A stretch of DNA of 63,691 bases, the filler included, from Neolecta irregularis DAH-3 (taxonomy: Eukaryota): NCBI GenBank assembly GCA_001929475.1. It is 11 parts of 11 records of this genome, joined end to end, with 100 filler letters (N's around TTAATTAATTAA, not from the genome) between each part and the next. Parts side by side here need not be neighbours in the genome. Positions count along the whole stretch, not along the records: positions 38,801 to 44,041 come from LXFE01003392.1; positions 44,142 to 45,393 come from LXFE01003400.1; positions 45,494 to 55,377 come from LXFE01003403.1; 8 more parts are not named here. One strand, 5' to 3'. How positions within the stretch are numbered: the stretch's first letter is position 1; each line of letters opens with the position of its first letter. The notes below the pieces were generated by a model, which was not told the DNA's origin, made no database searches, and was given only the letters and a program-made list of their open reading frames with translations. The translations under genes were made by a program, and so were the position numbers. Below, piece after piece: positions 41,608 through 53,483 of this stretch.

Positions 41608-42002
41608 GATTTTGGGCCATCGAACTGCTGAAAGTCCGGATATGTCTTATGCAGCAGATAGTTTTTGTTATTATAATATCATCAGAGAAAAGAAAGAGGC
41701 AAAATTGTGCAAATTTAGGGTTGGGGATACAACTTTATGAAAAAGAAGTGATACTAGAGCCGTGACATTTCTCAGAATAACCTCCTGTCATAGAGAAGGA
41801 GCCGAANNNNNNNNNNGAAGTGATACTAGAGCCGTGACATTTCTCAGAATAACCTCCTGTCATAGAGAAGGAGCCGAATTAATACAAATTGCAACACCAG
41901 CAGATTGTATTCATGTCGTGACATGTGCGAGGGGCATCGGAATTCCTTTACCATGCGCTTTTCAGCATGTTGTCCGTTGAGGATGGTGTTGTGTGGCGAT
42001 TT

Positions 42003-42492
42003 TTATTGATGTTGCAGCTCATAACGCTCTCTTGCTTTGCCAAAGAGTTCTTCTTGCTGCCTTAAAAGCTCAGCCTCTGACATTCCCGACTGATCGAGTT
42101 TTGACTGCTTTTTTTCTTTGGACTGGATAGTGAGCTAGTGAATACAGCAAGAATATACTTTTTGCTGCTCCTTGTGTTCTGCAGCGACTTCCTTGATGTC
42201 TGCGATATAATCATTGAACCCTAGATCTTCAAGCGCTTTGATAACATGTTCGGCTGCGATTGTTTTTTTAGATTCGCGTTCACAGATTTCGTTGGCTTCA
42301 GAGGATATTAAATGGACGAATTCGACACAGCAATCGATCAGGAGATCGCGAGTTTCCTTGTTAAAGGTAAGATCGACAGGTAGGATTTCGGCGATAAGTT
42401 TCTGGACGGTAGCTGGGAAGTCAGCTCCAAGGGACGGCGGGATCTGTGCCTTTTGGTAGAGATAAATCGTCGTCTGCTTCTCTTTCCGTCAT
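42003..42492 (-). CDS. NCB2: NC2 beta subunit (Dr1), 3 exons
   Basis: DDLSLPKATVQKLIAEILP, RDLLIDCCVEFVHLISSEANEICE and KKTIAAEHVIKALEDLGF. Confidence 0.9.
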
Positions 42493-42656
42493 TATATACA
42501 CTTTACAAGGGCAAGGAGGATGGCGAGGGCGGTGACGTGGAGAGAATGCTCAGGAGCGGCTAGTATTCTGCTGTGGCGTCGCGCGGGACAGTGGGTGGCT
42601 AAAATAGAACAGGCAATGCAATAATATCACAACAGGCCACCCACGAAATGTGGGTA

Positions 42657-43254
42657 CTACGAACATTCAGCATCTCGAAGTGCTTCCCAGTCGTCCAGAT
42701 CGCTTTGGCCATCATGCTCTGTAACAAAAGGGCATGACGGGAGGCTATTCTCTATGGGAAGGTCATCGTCTATGATCTCGTCTGGACCAGTGTTTTCCAT
42801 ATCACGGGAAACCTGCTGAACCTGCATGGGCACGTCAGAGGCATCTGATCCGGTTGGGTCTGCAGGCGGGTGCCGCAAGTCGTCGAGATACCGCTGACGC
42901 GCGAGCCTGAGCGTTTTGGACCGCCCGGCCTTTTCGACCATCTTTATAGTGTCGCGGAAGGTTGATTTTGGAAACAGCTCGTGCATCCACAGCTGATAGA
43001 ATTGGAGCAGGCGTCCCAGGTCTGCATGCTGGCAGGAGGTTAGTGGGACGGAGCACAGAAGATACCTCATGGCCGTGGCGGTGGAGGCGCAGACGGGTGG
43101 CCGCATGGCGACGCAGCTTGGGCAGACCAGCATCGGAGAGCAGGCTGCGGAGTCAGCGGCGGTGAGCCGATACGGCAGACCGGGCATCGTCGAGGCGGGC
43201 GCGCGGTTTGCGGGTAGCGACAATAACTTCGTCATCGACACGGACGCCGGCCAT
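42657..43254 (-). CDS. CSM3: Replication fork protection subunit Swi3/Csm3/Tipin, 3 exons
   Basis: RKPRARLDDARLLSDAGLPKLR and [38 protein letters not shown]. Confidence 0.85.
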
Positions 43255-43328
43255 GCAATGTGGGTTGTGGGTGAATAAGTGGGCTTGGGTGTATGCGATA
43301 TCCACACGTGCAGAAACTCTTCAACACC

Positions 43329-43931
43329 ATGGCCGCTCCCCGGTTCAAGGCGCCTGCTGCAAAATACCCGACCATCGACATCGACCCGCACTTTTCGCGC
43401 GTCGTGGGCTATGCGCGTCCTGTCGACTGGGCGATTACCGCTGCCTGTACTGCTGCAGGCCCGGCTTTGATGGCGGTGATGAGTGCGGGTCATGTTTTGC
43501 GGCTATTGACCACACAGACGAACTGTCGCCCGTCCGCGCCCGCATCAACCGGCCCGTCTTTTTCCTCTCTTCCACCCTCGGCCTCTTTGGCGGGTTTCTA
43601 CTCGCATACAAGCGTTCCAGCCGTGCGTAGTCCCGCATAGTGGAGCTAATCTGCAGTCCGTTTCTGGGGCTGGACGGAAAATGCACGGGAGCAGGAGATG
43701 GACATGCGGGAAATGACGCAGCGGATTCTCGATGGCAAGCCGCTCTACGGCACCTCAGAACTCTCGCCCCATATGCAGGGCGTCGCCGCCCGCAACTCGC
43801 GCTACTCCGTCCTCATGTTCACCACCATCCCCTGGTTCAACTTTGTCAACCACACCGAGCACGGCGTCGATACCGCAAAGTACTACCAGAACGCCGCCGC
43901 CCAAAAAGAAGCAGCCGCCCCCTCTTCTTGA
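43329..43931 (+). CDS. NADH:ubiquinone oxidoreductase 21/20.9 kDa accessory subunit (NUXM), 3 exons
   Basis: YPTIDIDPHFSRVVGYARP, RFWGWTENAREQEMDMRE and PWFNFVNHTEHGVDTAKYYQ. Confidence 0.88.
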
Positions 43932-44141
43932 TGTACAGCATATACGGCATAGACTTTGTCATTTTTTCACACTGTTGTTTCTTCCCTACAGCCTATCCGC
44001 GACATGAACGCTCCCACAGACTCTTCCCGCGTCTTCTCGCTNNNNNNNNNNNNNNNNNNNNNNNNNNNNNNNNNNNNNNNNNNNNTTAATTAATTAANNN
44101 NNNNNNNNNNNNNNNNNNNNNNNNNNNNNNNNNNNNNNNNN

Positions 44142-44262
44142 ACGATGAGATTCAATGAACATCATACGATGAGATTCAATGATCATACGATGAGATTCAA
44201 TGAACATACGATGAGATTCAATGATCATACGATGAGATTCAATGAACATCATACGATGTAGA
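44142..44262. repeat. Tandem 21-24 bp minisatellite (CATACGATGAGATTCAATGAW) next to a gap
   Basis: About 5-6 near-identical units are directly visible. Confidence 0.85.
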
Positions 44263-44484
44263 TTCAAATCAAACTCAACATTGACACTACTGATCAAGAT
44301 AACGCACCTCGATTTTCCAACAGTATCACCGCATAATACACTACTGATCTTTTTTTGAGTTTTCCAACTATATATCCATGGGAAACCACAAACCAAGCAA
44401 ACACAAGGAAAGAGAGAGAGAGAGAGAACAACCATATCCGCCTCCGGAAGCTCCGACCGATTAGAAAAACCCGGGAAAAATTAA

Positions 44485-45362
44485 CTAGGGAATAGGAAGT
44501 TCATCCTGGAGTTAGTAGAGCAGTATCAAACGACTGACCAAGTTTCCTCGACCGTTGGCTAGCCATTCTTGTTTTACCAATTTTTCTCTGTCTTGGTATA
44601 ACAGTTTATATGCATTACGAATGGTTCCATCGCTGACGCCGGCTACTTCTGCGATGTCTTTACCTGTTTTTGGGACTTTACACATTGCGCTGACGAAAAA
44701 GATTCCGGCGGCAGCTATTGAAATTGGGGAGCGGCCAGCGAGGGTTCCTAGATCTGCGGCGCTCTTGACCAGATCTGCGGACCAGGCCTGGATGAAGGGG
44801 GGCAGGCCTAGTCTGTTGCAGAAGCGGACCATGAGATCCTGGGCGTTTGTGCTTCCGGAGGACTGGTATTGGAGTTCGTTTGAGCTCTGCGGTACGGGTT
44901 CGTCGTTTAGCATTTTTTCGAGAGTCTTGAAGACTCTGCCTATTTCTTTTTTAGGGACGCGGGTGAGGGCGCATATTTCTTTAAAGGTGCGGGGGACGTG
45001 GCATTGGCGGCAGGCGATGAAGATGCAGGCGGCGATGATGCTTTCGTGGGACTTGCCCTTGAGGGCCTTGTTGTCGTCTACTTTTTTGTAGATCTGGCGG
45101 GCGGTGTCGCAGACGATTTTGGTGAGGCCGATGGCGTCGCCCATGGAGCCGATGTCTTTGTAGGCGGAGAGGAGGTTTCTATCATTTTTGTTTTGGGCGG
45201 AGCGGCTCTGGGCCTTTGCGAGTTCGCGAGCACGGCCGGAGCCGCCGTCCTGGCCGGAGATCATAGTCTCGAGCTGGTTGCCGTTGAGGAGGGGGTTTGA
45301 GGCCGCGCCGACGCGGGAGGGGTCGTCGCCGCCCTCGTCGTTTGCAAAAGTGCGCCACTCAC
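44485..45362 (-). CDS. SUA7: Transcription initiation factor TFIIB; 5' end lies in the gap
   Basis: SEWRTFANDEG.DDPSRVG, ACIFIACRQCHVPRTFKEI, AGRSPISIAAA and VAGVSDGTIRNAYK. Confidence 0.93.
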
Positions 45363-45493
45363 TAAAATCAGCGGCGAGGGGCGAGGGGGGGGGNNNNNNN
45401 NNNNNNNNNNNNNNNNNNNNNNNNNNNNNNNNNNNNNTTAATTAATTAANNNNNNNNNNNNNNNNNNNNNNNNNNNNNNNNNNNNNNNNNNNN

Positions 45494-46283
45494 GCTGAAG
45501 CATCTAAATATACCAAAAATTCTCGTATACAAACTATCCAAGCGGAAATGGTATCCATTCTTTTTCCAGAAATAGCATTCATAAAAAGACCCTGCGTGCG
45601 CTCGAACTTCTTCAACTCGACCCTGAATCAAGTTGTTTTATTCTTGATATTGGCTGTGGAAGCGGACTGTCTGGAGAAATTCTAGAACAAGAAGGACACA
45701 CCTGGGTAGGCATGGATATTTCTCCGAGCATGTTGGGTATCTACATCATTTTTCCGCATTGATTGAAATAGGTGTGGCAGTAGAAAGAGATACAGAGGGA
45801 GATTTATTGTTATCGGATATTGGCGCTGGTATTCCATTTCGCCCCGGGTCGTTTGATGCAGCTATTTCGATATCCGTGTTGCAGTGGTTGGGAAACGCAG
45901 ATAAATCGACGAATCGCCCGGTTACTCGATTAACCTGGTTCTTTGAATCACTATACACCAGTCTAAAGAAAAATGGGCGCGCAGTGTTACAATTTTACCC
46001 CGAGAACGACGAACAATGTGCTTGGATTATGAGTTTGGCGAAAAAGGCTGGGTTTGGGGGTGGCTTAGTCGTTGACAATTCCAAAAGTGTGAAAAAGAAA
46101 AAGGTCTATTTGGTCCTTGTCGCCGGTTCTACTTCACTGCCTCTAAATGTCAAGAGCAAGAATGTAAAGGAAACGGGAAAAGATTGGATTCTTAGAAAAA
46201 AGCAACTTTATCGTAAACGAGGAAAGGTGGGAGTTCCCAAAGATTCAAAATATACAGGTAGAAAACGAAGACCTAAATTTTGA
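45494..46283 (+). CDS. BUD23: 18S rRNA m7G methyltransferase Bud23; 5' end lies in the gap
   Basis: [44 protein letters not shown] and [13 protein letters not shown]. Confidence 0.93.
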
Positions 46284-46285
46284 TA

Positions 46286-47392
46286 TTATTGTCTTCTGGG
46301 AGCTGGTTCTCGATCTTTAACCCGAAAATCCCTCTTTGCTTTAGAAAAATCTTTCGTGGGTAGTCCCCATCTCTTCAGTCGTACAACCAAACATGTAGAA
46401 TTGTCTTCCGTACCAACCCTTTCCGCAAACTTGACTACTCGAGAACTCGCTTCTTGAGGACTCGCCGCATGTTTCACGATATCAACGACTTCCTGGTCTG
46501 ACAAGACATCGCCGATTCCATCCGTATACATTACCATAAACGCATAATCCTGCAAATCGGATACTGTAATTAATTCAGGCTCGGCAGTTACACCCAATTT
46601 CTTCTGCCGTATATCTCCGAATGATCGGGTATTCGCCAATACTCCAAACAATCGTTCTTCTCCAAACGGGTCAACATAAACCGAACAAAAACGACGTAAA
46701 CGAGATGATTCAATTTGTGAGTCTGGATGATGAGGATGTGTAAGTGTCTTTGCTCGTCCATCTTTATCGCAAAGGATTATTCTGGCTAGTTAACTGGATA
46801 CCAATTCAGGTATACTTTGTATCTCCAACATGACCAACAATTAATTCCCCGCCCTCCCAAAATGCCCCATTATCAGAGTTTATAATGCCAACACTCGCAC
46901 AGGAACCGCTGATATCGCTAGTATTGTTTTCCCAGAAAGTATAGTCGGTTATGAGGAAACTCAGGTATACCCGTTCCTTCCAATCAAATTGAGACGATTT
47001 TGATATAAACGGCTTGAATCGGCAAAAGTACCCGCCAATCTGTCTAAAGGAGGAAATCGTCGGCTCAATATCGTCTTTCTGTGCCGTTTCCAGTGTTTGA
47101 GGAAGAGTCTGTAAAATATGGTCCACGCATTTTCGACCACCGTGTCTACAAGTCAACACTCTCCTCAGACTGCATACCCGTCAAATATTCCAAAGTACAA
47201 AGGGGAAGAGGGAAGGTCTAGTACTCCAAATTGTTGACTATCTTCATTTCCTTGTCGATTGCCGCGAGAAGAGGTATATCCAACTAAATTTGGCGAATGG
47301 TCAAGTTTAATCTCTATCGTCGGTTTATTCTGGATAGAGTGTTTTAGTAATGTCGAAAAGGCGCGAGTTAAACTTGAAGAACATGTGCGCAT
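46286..47392 (-). CDS. Mitochondrial PP2C phosphatase (Ptc6-like), 3 exons
   Basis: SSRGNRQGNED, FGIFDGHGG, GHVGDTKIILC, LANTRSFGD, TDGIGD and EDNSTCLVV. Confidence 0.85.
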
Positions 47393-47493
47393 CTAGTTAC
47401 ATGCGCGGTGCACCAGTCATTGCAAGCTTGAAACCACAAGGGCCCAAACAACATTTTATCAACACAAATAAAGAAAAAAGATGTTTACTATAT

Positions 47494-48734
47494 TTATGAT
47501 ATACAAAATACAAGTTGACGAAAGTATTTGAGCAAGTGGACCTATTCACAGTCAGTAGCCGATATCACAAGACTTACCCGAAACAATTCCCAGAATATAA
47601 AATCCATTCCGGCAGAACACTCCATATCTTCTTGCCCATTACATTTGACAAGGTTTCTTTGTTTAGTGGGTAGAGTTTCATTCTTGATGTAGATCTCTTG
47701 GCCACAATGACGATACCCAAACTGGACAGGTGGAACCTGGGGAACTGGATCTTGAAAAATCGTGACTCGATAAAATCGCTCTCCCAGTCTCTGCAAGCAT
47801 TGTTAACTGATATTCAAACAAGATTAAAGTACCTCATCAACATAATCTGCAAAATTCTGATTTCCTACACGCGGCGATCCCATCGTCACAACAATGGGGA
47901 CATGTCCCTGATCGTAGAAGTGTATTCCTGCTAAAGTGGCAATTGCACCACCTAATGAATGTCCAACGATGAAAAATTCGTATCCAGTCTCATTGAGGAC
48001 TTGGGTTACTATTCCATCAATATCCTCCAGTNNNNNNNNNNATGTATTCCTGCTAAAGTGGCAATTGCACCACCTAATGAATGTCCGACGATGAAAAATT
48101 CGTATCCAGTCTCATTGAGGACTTGGGTTACTATTCCATCAATATCCTCCAGTGTTTTCCTCCACGCCCGATAGAAACCCAAGTGAACTAATAATTAAAA
48201 CACTCAATAGCTCAGTGACCCACCATAGCACTCGTTACAATCCTTGTTTTTATATTCGGTCTGAATGAGCATTAAATCTGTAAGCACATTTGTGCTAAAC
48301 AAATCCGTTCCTCGAAGAGCCATAATAACTCTTTGATTCTGTTCATCAACGGCTACATAACCAATCACATGAGTCCAAGTTTCAGTCGAGAAAGCCTATT
48401 GATCAATTCCAATCTAATAAAGGAATGAGAACTTTGATGAGTTTAAGATCACCGGCATGCGTACACGACGCACAGTCAAAGGGAAAGGTCAAATAGTGTG
48501 GTGCACAGTAACTTGCCCTTGATTAGTAAAGCTGGTGAGAAAATGATACGCTGGTGCAATCCAATCCGCAGATTGTTTAAGCAACTTGAATACTTGCAAA
48601 GGTACTTTTTTTATGTCAGTATGGCCCATGGAAACAGAGATACCTGTAGTCTCTTCTACTGATTGCGTAGGAAAGGCGTTATATCCTAAAAGTAGAATCG
48701 AGAAAAGGCCAAAAAAGAGAATTTGGTGTATCAT
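47494..48734 (-). CDS. Secreted class 3 lipase, ~7 exons
   Basis: Signal peptide, MALRGT, VHLGFY, VGHSLGGAIA nucleophile motif, TMGSPRVGN and DPVPQVPP. An assembly duplication surrounds the N10 gap at 48032. Confidence 0.85.
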
Positions 48735-49976
48735 TATCGATCAAGTGATATTTTCCCCCGTATTTCCTCCCCATAACTACTGAAATCTGATGCTTAATAG
48801 GGTGTCTCAAATTTAATCGTCAAACAATCAGCTGAAATAAGGGTGAGGGGGGATGTTGAATTTAACTGAGCAAAAGAACTAGCGATGAGGGGTTATACTG
48901 AAGTTTAAAACATATTAAAACTAAATTCGTTTAATGCGAACGAGAATATGGATTTCGGGATATTGAATTCTTTATTTTCGGACAACATAGAGAATGTTTC
49001 GTATGGTGGAGTACAAAGTTGATTTGCCCCACACAATATCAAATCATCAGATTACAATGCGAATAATTACATATTGCGGCCTAGGTCAAACAAGTACATC
49101 TGATTCAGGAAAATGTATAAACTAGGTTCTGAGAGCCTTCATGGCAATCGCCGTTCCTGCTATTTTTCTATATTAGTTCTGCCAGTGTGTCCACCCGCCG
49201 GCGGCTGGGCGGGTGGCCTTTTTTGACAATTTATATAGGTGCAATACCAAATTCACTAAACAACCAAAATTACTAATATAACATGATTTTTATCTGGCCA
49301 TTTCTTTCATTGGTCAAGTATGCTGCACATACAAAGTTCATGTCGTATCATCCTGATCACTGTGTCACGTGATCCGTGACAAATCTTGTGAGCCTAACTT
49401 TGTAAATTGCAATCAATTCGCAACAACCAACCAATGTATTCAAACGAAACAAACACTATCGGGATCAGAATTTAAAGGCAAAAATAATGGTCTGCCAACA
49501 GATTCAATACAAGAAAGTCAAAGGGGGTTACTGCACTCAGCTCGCTCTGCCCAGCACGTACCGCCACATCTCTACCTTTGTAAGAGTCACAGTTCTTACG
49601 GTAGGAATCGTGAAGGCATATCTCATGTGGAGATGTTATCAGTTGTATATAAACCTGTCACATTACGCATATCTAACCCATGTCCACGTACTGAGGTTAG
49701 GTATGCTCTCATGTAAATAGATGTCCACGTACTGAGGTTAGAATAAACTCTAGTCTTATTCGTACTTGGGTCCTCTTCTTTCAACCTTGCTTGGTTCAGA
49801 CTCTTTGGCCCATCCACAACACTGTACAAAGGAGGAATCGGAGATTGACAACGATTAATCTTGATGACTTGAGCAGGAGGAGGATAGCTTGGTTATGAAG
49901 AAGAACATGAGTACTTTACTTGAGGTAAAAATAGATCAGGGACACAAGATATATAGTTAGATACACAGTCCGGGGA

Positions 49977-52900
49977 TTATAGCTCCGACATCTCTATCTC
50001 TTTGGCTTTTTCTAACATGACTGACATTGCAATCCAACCAAGACTTTTGCCAATTCTGTCCTGACTACCTTCATCGACAACCGAAATATAATAGCAGAGC
50101 TGCTCGGGCAAATATATCTTTAGGGCTCTCCAAATGGCCACAGATCTGCAGCCGAATATCGTAAGCCAAATGGTGATATTGTTCGCGAAGAGTTTGTATG
50201 AGATCGTACGATCGTCGCCCACGAGTAGTTGACGAGGCCGAGAGAATACACCCCATAACAACTTCTTCTTCGGTTAGATTGGCTCTTGAAGGGGAGTAAT
50301 CTGTCTGGAATATTTTCAGTTCTTTAACGTACGATCTGTAGATGTCTTCGGCTAACGAACGGTGCTCTCTCCAGCGTTTCTGCGATTGATTGAAAATCCA
50401 CAAATTCAATTTATTCGACCTCAAACGATCAGGCAAGTGCGTTAGATATTTTCCCTCGTAGTCCTTGGTTTGTTGACGGACATTCATACTTCGGAACAAC
50501 ATCCCCAAAGCTTTTTTGCTTTCATAATATACACCACGCTCGCGTTTCGGCCGATGTTGGCTTTCTAGTAAATCTACTGCCCATTCAGGGCGCCTGAAAT
50601 CTGGTCGAGCCGCATCTGTTGCCCGTGGTGCATTACGCATGTTGACCTTGATACCTGTTTTAGGAAAATCAACGGCGGTAGAATGCATCTCAGCCAATGA
50701 AATACATGCGGCTGCCTTTACGCCTTCAGGATCACGGTCGGCTATGTTTTGATGAAGAGAAGCAATTAGACCAAGATTGTCATTCATTATGAAATCAATG
50801 AAAAAGTCAATAATGTCTTTCGCTATGCAGGGTCTATCGAGTTCAAGGGGTTTTGGAGCATGATAGCTTGCCGGAGGAAATATTCGAGGGGGGAGCAAAG
50901 TTTGATCCCAGATCACATTGTAATCATCACCGTCTAAGTCGCCTATACAATTAGCTTTACATCAACTAACATTTACCTCCACCGAGCATGCTAGGCAAAG
51001 GACGATAGCCTTTCTGGCTGAAGACTATGCAGTGATTTAAAGCTCGCAAAGGTGATGACTGATCGACATCGACTGCTTGGGAAAATTGGACGTCACCAGG
51101 ATGCATTGCAGGAGATCTCGACACAATAATCTGTCCAAGGATTTTTACTTTCCGCTGTGTTTGTGAATCTGTGAAAGCCACGTAAACCTCGTCTTCGAGC
51201 AATGTATCAGTCTCATCTAGTATACCTTTCAATAAAGCTGCTCTTGGTACAGGAATTCGGCTTCGATATTTGATTTCTTTGAGCATAAATCGCAGCCCGG
51301 TAGTATTGCAGGAACGGAGAAATTCAGACTCCGCGAGCACATCATAATCAGGGAAGCGCTTTGACAAAAGCTTCATAGTCGTACCCATCCGGATGGCTTG
51401 CCCAAGACCATACAAATTATAAAGACCTTCAATGCGCCGAATATCACTCGATCTTTCTTCAATCAATTTTATCGCTTGATTTTGGAGGTCTAAAAAATGT
51501 TTTATGGGAACCCCGAGGGTTTCAAGAATCGTGATTAGTGGGCGATTGAGGAACATTTGTAGGCTTCTTGTCGCAGCAGATGCAATTTCTAGTATATTGG
51601 CCAAAGGTGCTTCGAATTTGCGCATCGAAGGCCGAAGGCACAACTGACGCCCGAGCAACGATGTATCGAGAGCCACGACACCTTTGGCACCACCAAAGCG
51701 AATCTGAAGTACTGTTGTCTGAGAATCCATATCAAGGGTTTGCAAGACATCTTTGAGAAGCTCTGAAGATATCTTTCCAACTCCATCACTGAAACAGTAG
51801 CCGTTTCGCTCAACATCAGGAATTTTATTGATTTCATGGGGTAACAGTTTGACTGATGCAAGTGTGGTTGTGAAGGCTTGCGCCATTCTTGCCGCATATC
51901 TATGAACACATCAGCTGTTTCTGCATAAAACCGGAAAACCTTGGAGGACAACGGATGCGACTCAGATCACCAATCGAACTGCGGATACCCTCGGGATCAA
52001 TTCGCTGGCCCTTATATTCGAACGGTGTCATAAACCAAACTGTATGTTCTCTCAACGAGCTTTGAGAGTAAGCAAGGTAGCGATATTCCCGTCCAGCCAC
52101 ACTTATGAATGAATGAGCGAGTATTTTCTTGAATCTCTGTTGTAGAATATCGTCGAGAGAAACTTCCGGATTGAAGTGCAATCTCTCAAAATGCTCGTCG
52201 GCAAACGTAACTCTCAAGAAATGGTCGTGATGATTCGGATACAATCGCATTATCCGGTTTCCTTGGTCTACTTCTGGACCCTCGAGGTAAATTCCACTGG
52301 GTGTGCATACAGCTTGATGAACCCAAATGTGGTTTTCTGCCGGAATATCCAAGCGCGATGTTTCTGCCGCAGTAACTGGACTATCAATGACGTCCAGGAT
52401 TGTTTTGCAAAACTCATATTCAGACGGATAAGAGTTTAAAGGAGATCTGATTGCGAGATCTGAAAGTGATCGAAGCCTCGATGCCAGGATACGATCTTTC
52501 AGGCGGCTTGCATATATATTATGTCGAATTTCGTTCATCTCGGAGGGAAGCAAATATGTACTCGAGACTAACCTATGACATTGATGTGCTACAGTAATTG
52601 GTAAAGATCGATAGAAGATGTCCAATTTAGATAAAGTCTCCCTTCCATATTCCCGCTTACTGATCGAGTGAACATTGAAGCAATTTTTGGTATCCCAAAA
52701 TTGTGCCAGTATATGTGACTCGAGGAATTCGAAGCAATAAACATAACAAAAAGCTGCAACGGTACCATGATCTTCATTTATACAGGGCTTACGAGTATCG
52801 GATGGTCTGTAGTCTACGACGCTGTGAAGCAATTCGTTTCTGCCTGCGTTAAGGAACTGTGGCGTCACAGAGTTCTCGATATAAAGCTTATTGTTCGCTT

Positions 52901-53483
52901 TATCTTTAATGAGATGGTTGACTTGGGACTTCTGAATTACGATCTTCATGTTGATGTGGTTAGAAGTATCTATGGGTTCCTCTATGGAACAAACGAAGCG
53001 CCGCCCTTCTGATTCCCAAACAATCTCGATTGCGGAAGATTTCCATTGCTCAAGATATACACCAGTTGAAGACCATACGCCACAGCTGACAGTTCGAAGA
53101 GCTGCAGTTCTCAATGACTTTTCGTTCTCTGGCTCATCGTCAACCAAGGTCTCGTCCTGAAGTTCTGTATGCGCCTTCAGCAAAGCTTCCATTTCGAATT
53201 TCGTAAAATTTCGGACATTTTGAACTAAATTCAGATTCTGTTGTAGACATGTGATCGAGTTTCCTTGAGATATAAAGTCGAGAATCTTTATGCCAATTGG
53301 AGGCGTTGGAACTGTCAACAAACCTTTACCTTTACCTTTACCTTTACCTTTACTTCCAGCAAAAACAACAGCTGTAAAGAATGGCAACTGAGTTGGCCAG
53401 ACCCTTCTTAGTGAGTCGGCGATGCTTTCTCGAAGTGTAGATTCGGTGACATTATAAGGTATACCTGAGATACGAAATTCCAT
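49977..53483 (-). CDS. Cellular RNA-dependent RNA polymerase (RNAi, Rdp1/SAD-1/QDE-1 superfamily), 3 exons; C-terminus possibly frameshifted
   Basis: FSDGVGKIS, QIRFGGAKG, LRPSMRKF, SRSPAMHPGD, GGDLDGDDY (split by the 50943-50976 intron) and HSTAVDFPKTG. Confidence 0.93.

Noticed and set aside
42835-44089. Many overlapping ORFs on both strands (also 19595-20800 and 44555-45445)
   Set aside because: These are shadow ORFs of GC-rich real genes (Csm3, NUXM, Opi1, CysRS, TFIIB).
44142-44262. Repeat array resembling a CRISPR or a coding IESHRM repeat
   Set aside because: There are no unique spacers and the context is eukaryotic. It is a simple minisatellite.
47921-48152. Duplicated lipase GHSLGG segment
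   Set aside because: Same 10-N gap overlap pattern with one synonymous SNP, so an assembly artefact. The duplicate around 41806 has the same pattern.
49680-49741. 21-bp direct repeat flanking a 20-nt GT...AG segment (intron-birth look-alike)
   Set aside because: The segment is shorter than any supported intron here, has no branch site and lies in no supported gene.
49977-53483. RdRP as an endogenised viral polymerase
   Set aside because: The DLDGD double-psi barrel motif and spliceosomal introns identify a cellular RNAi RdRP.
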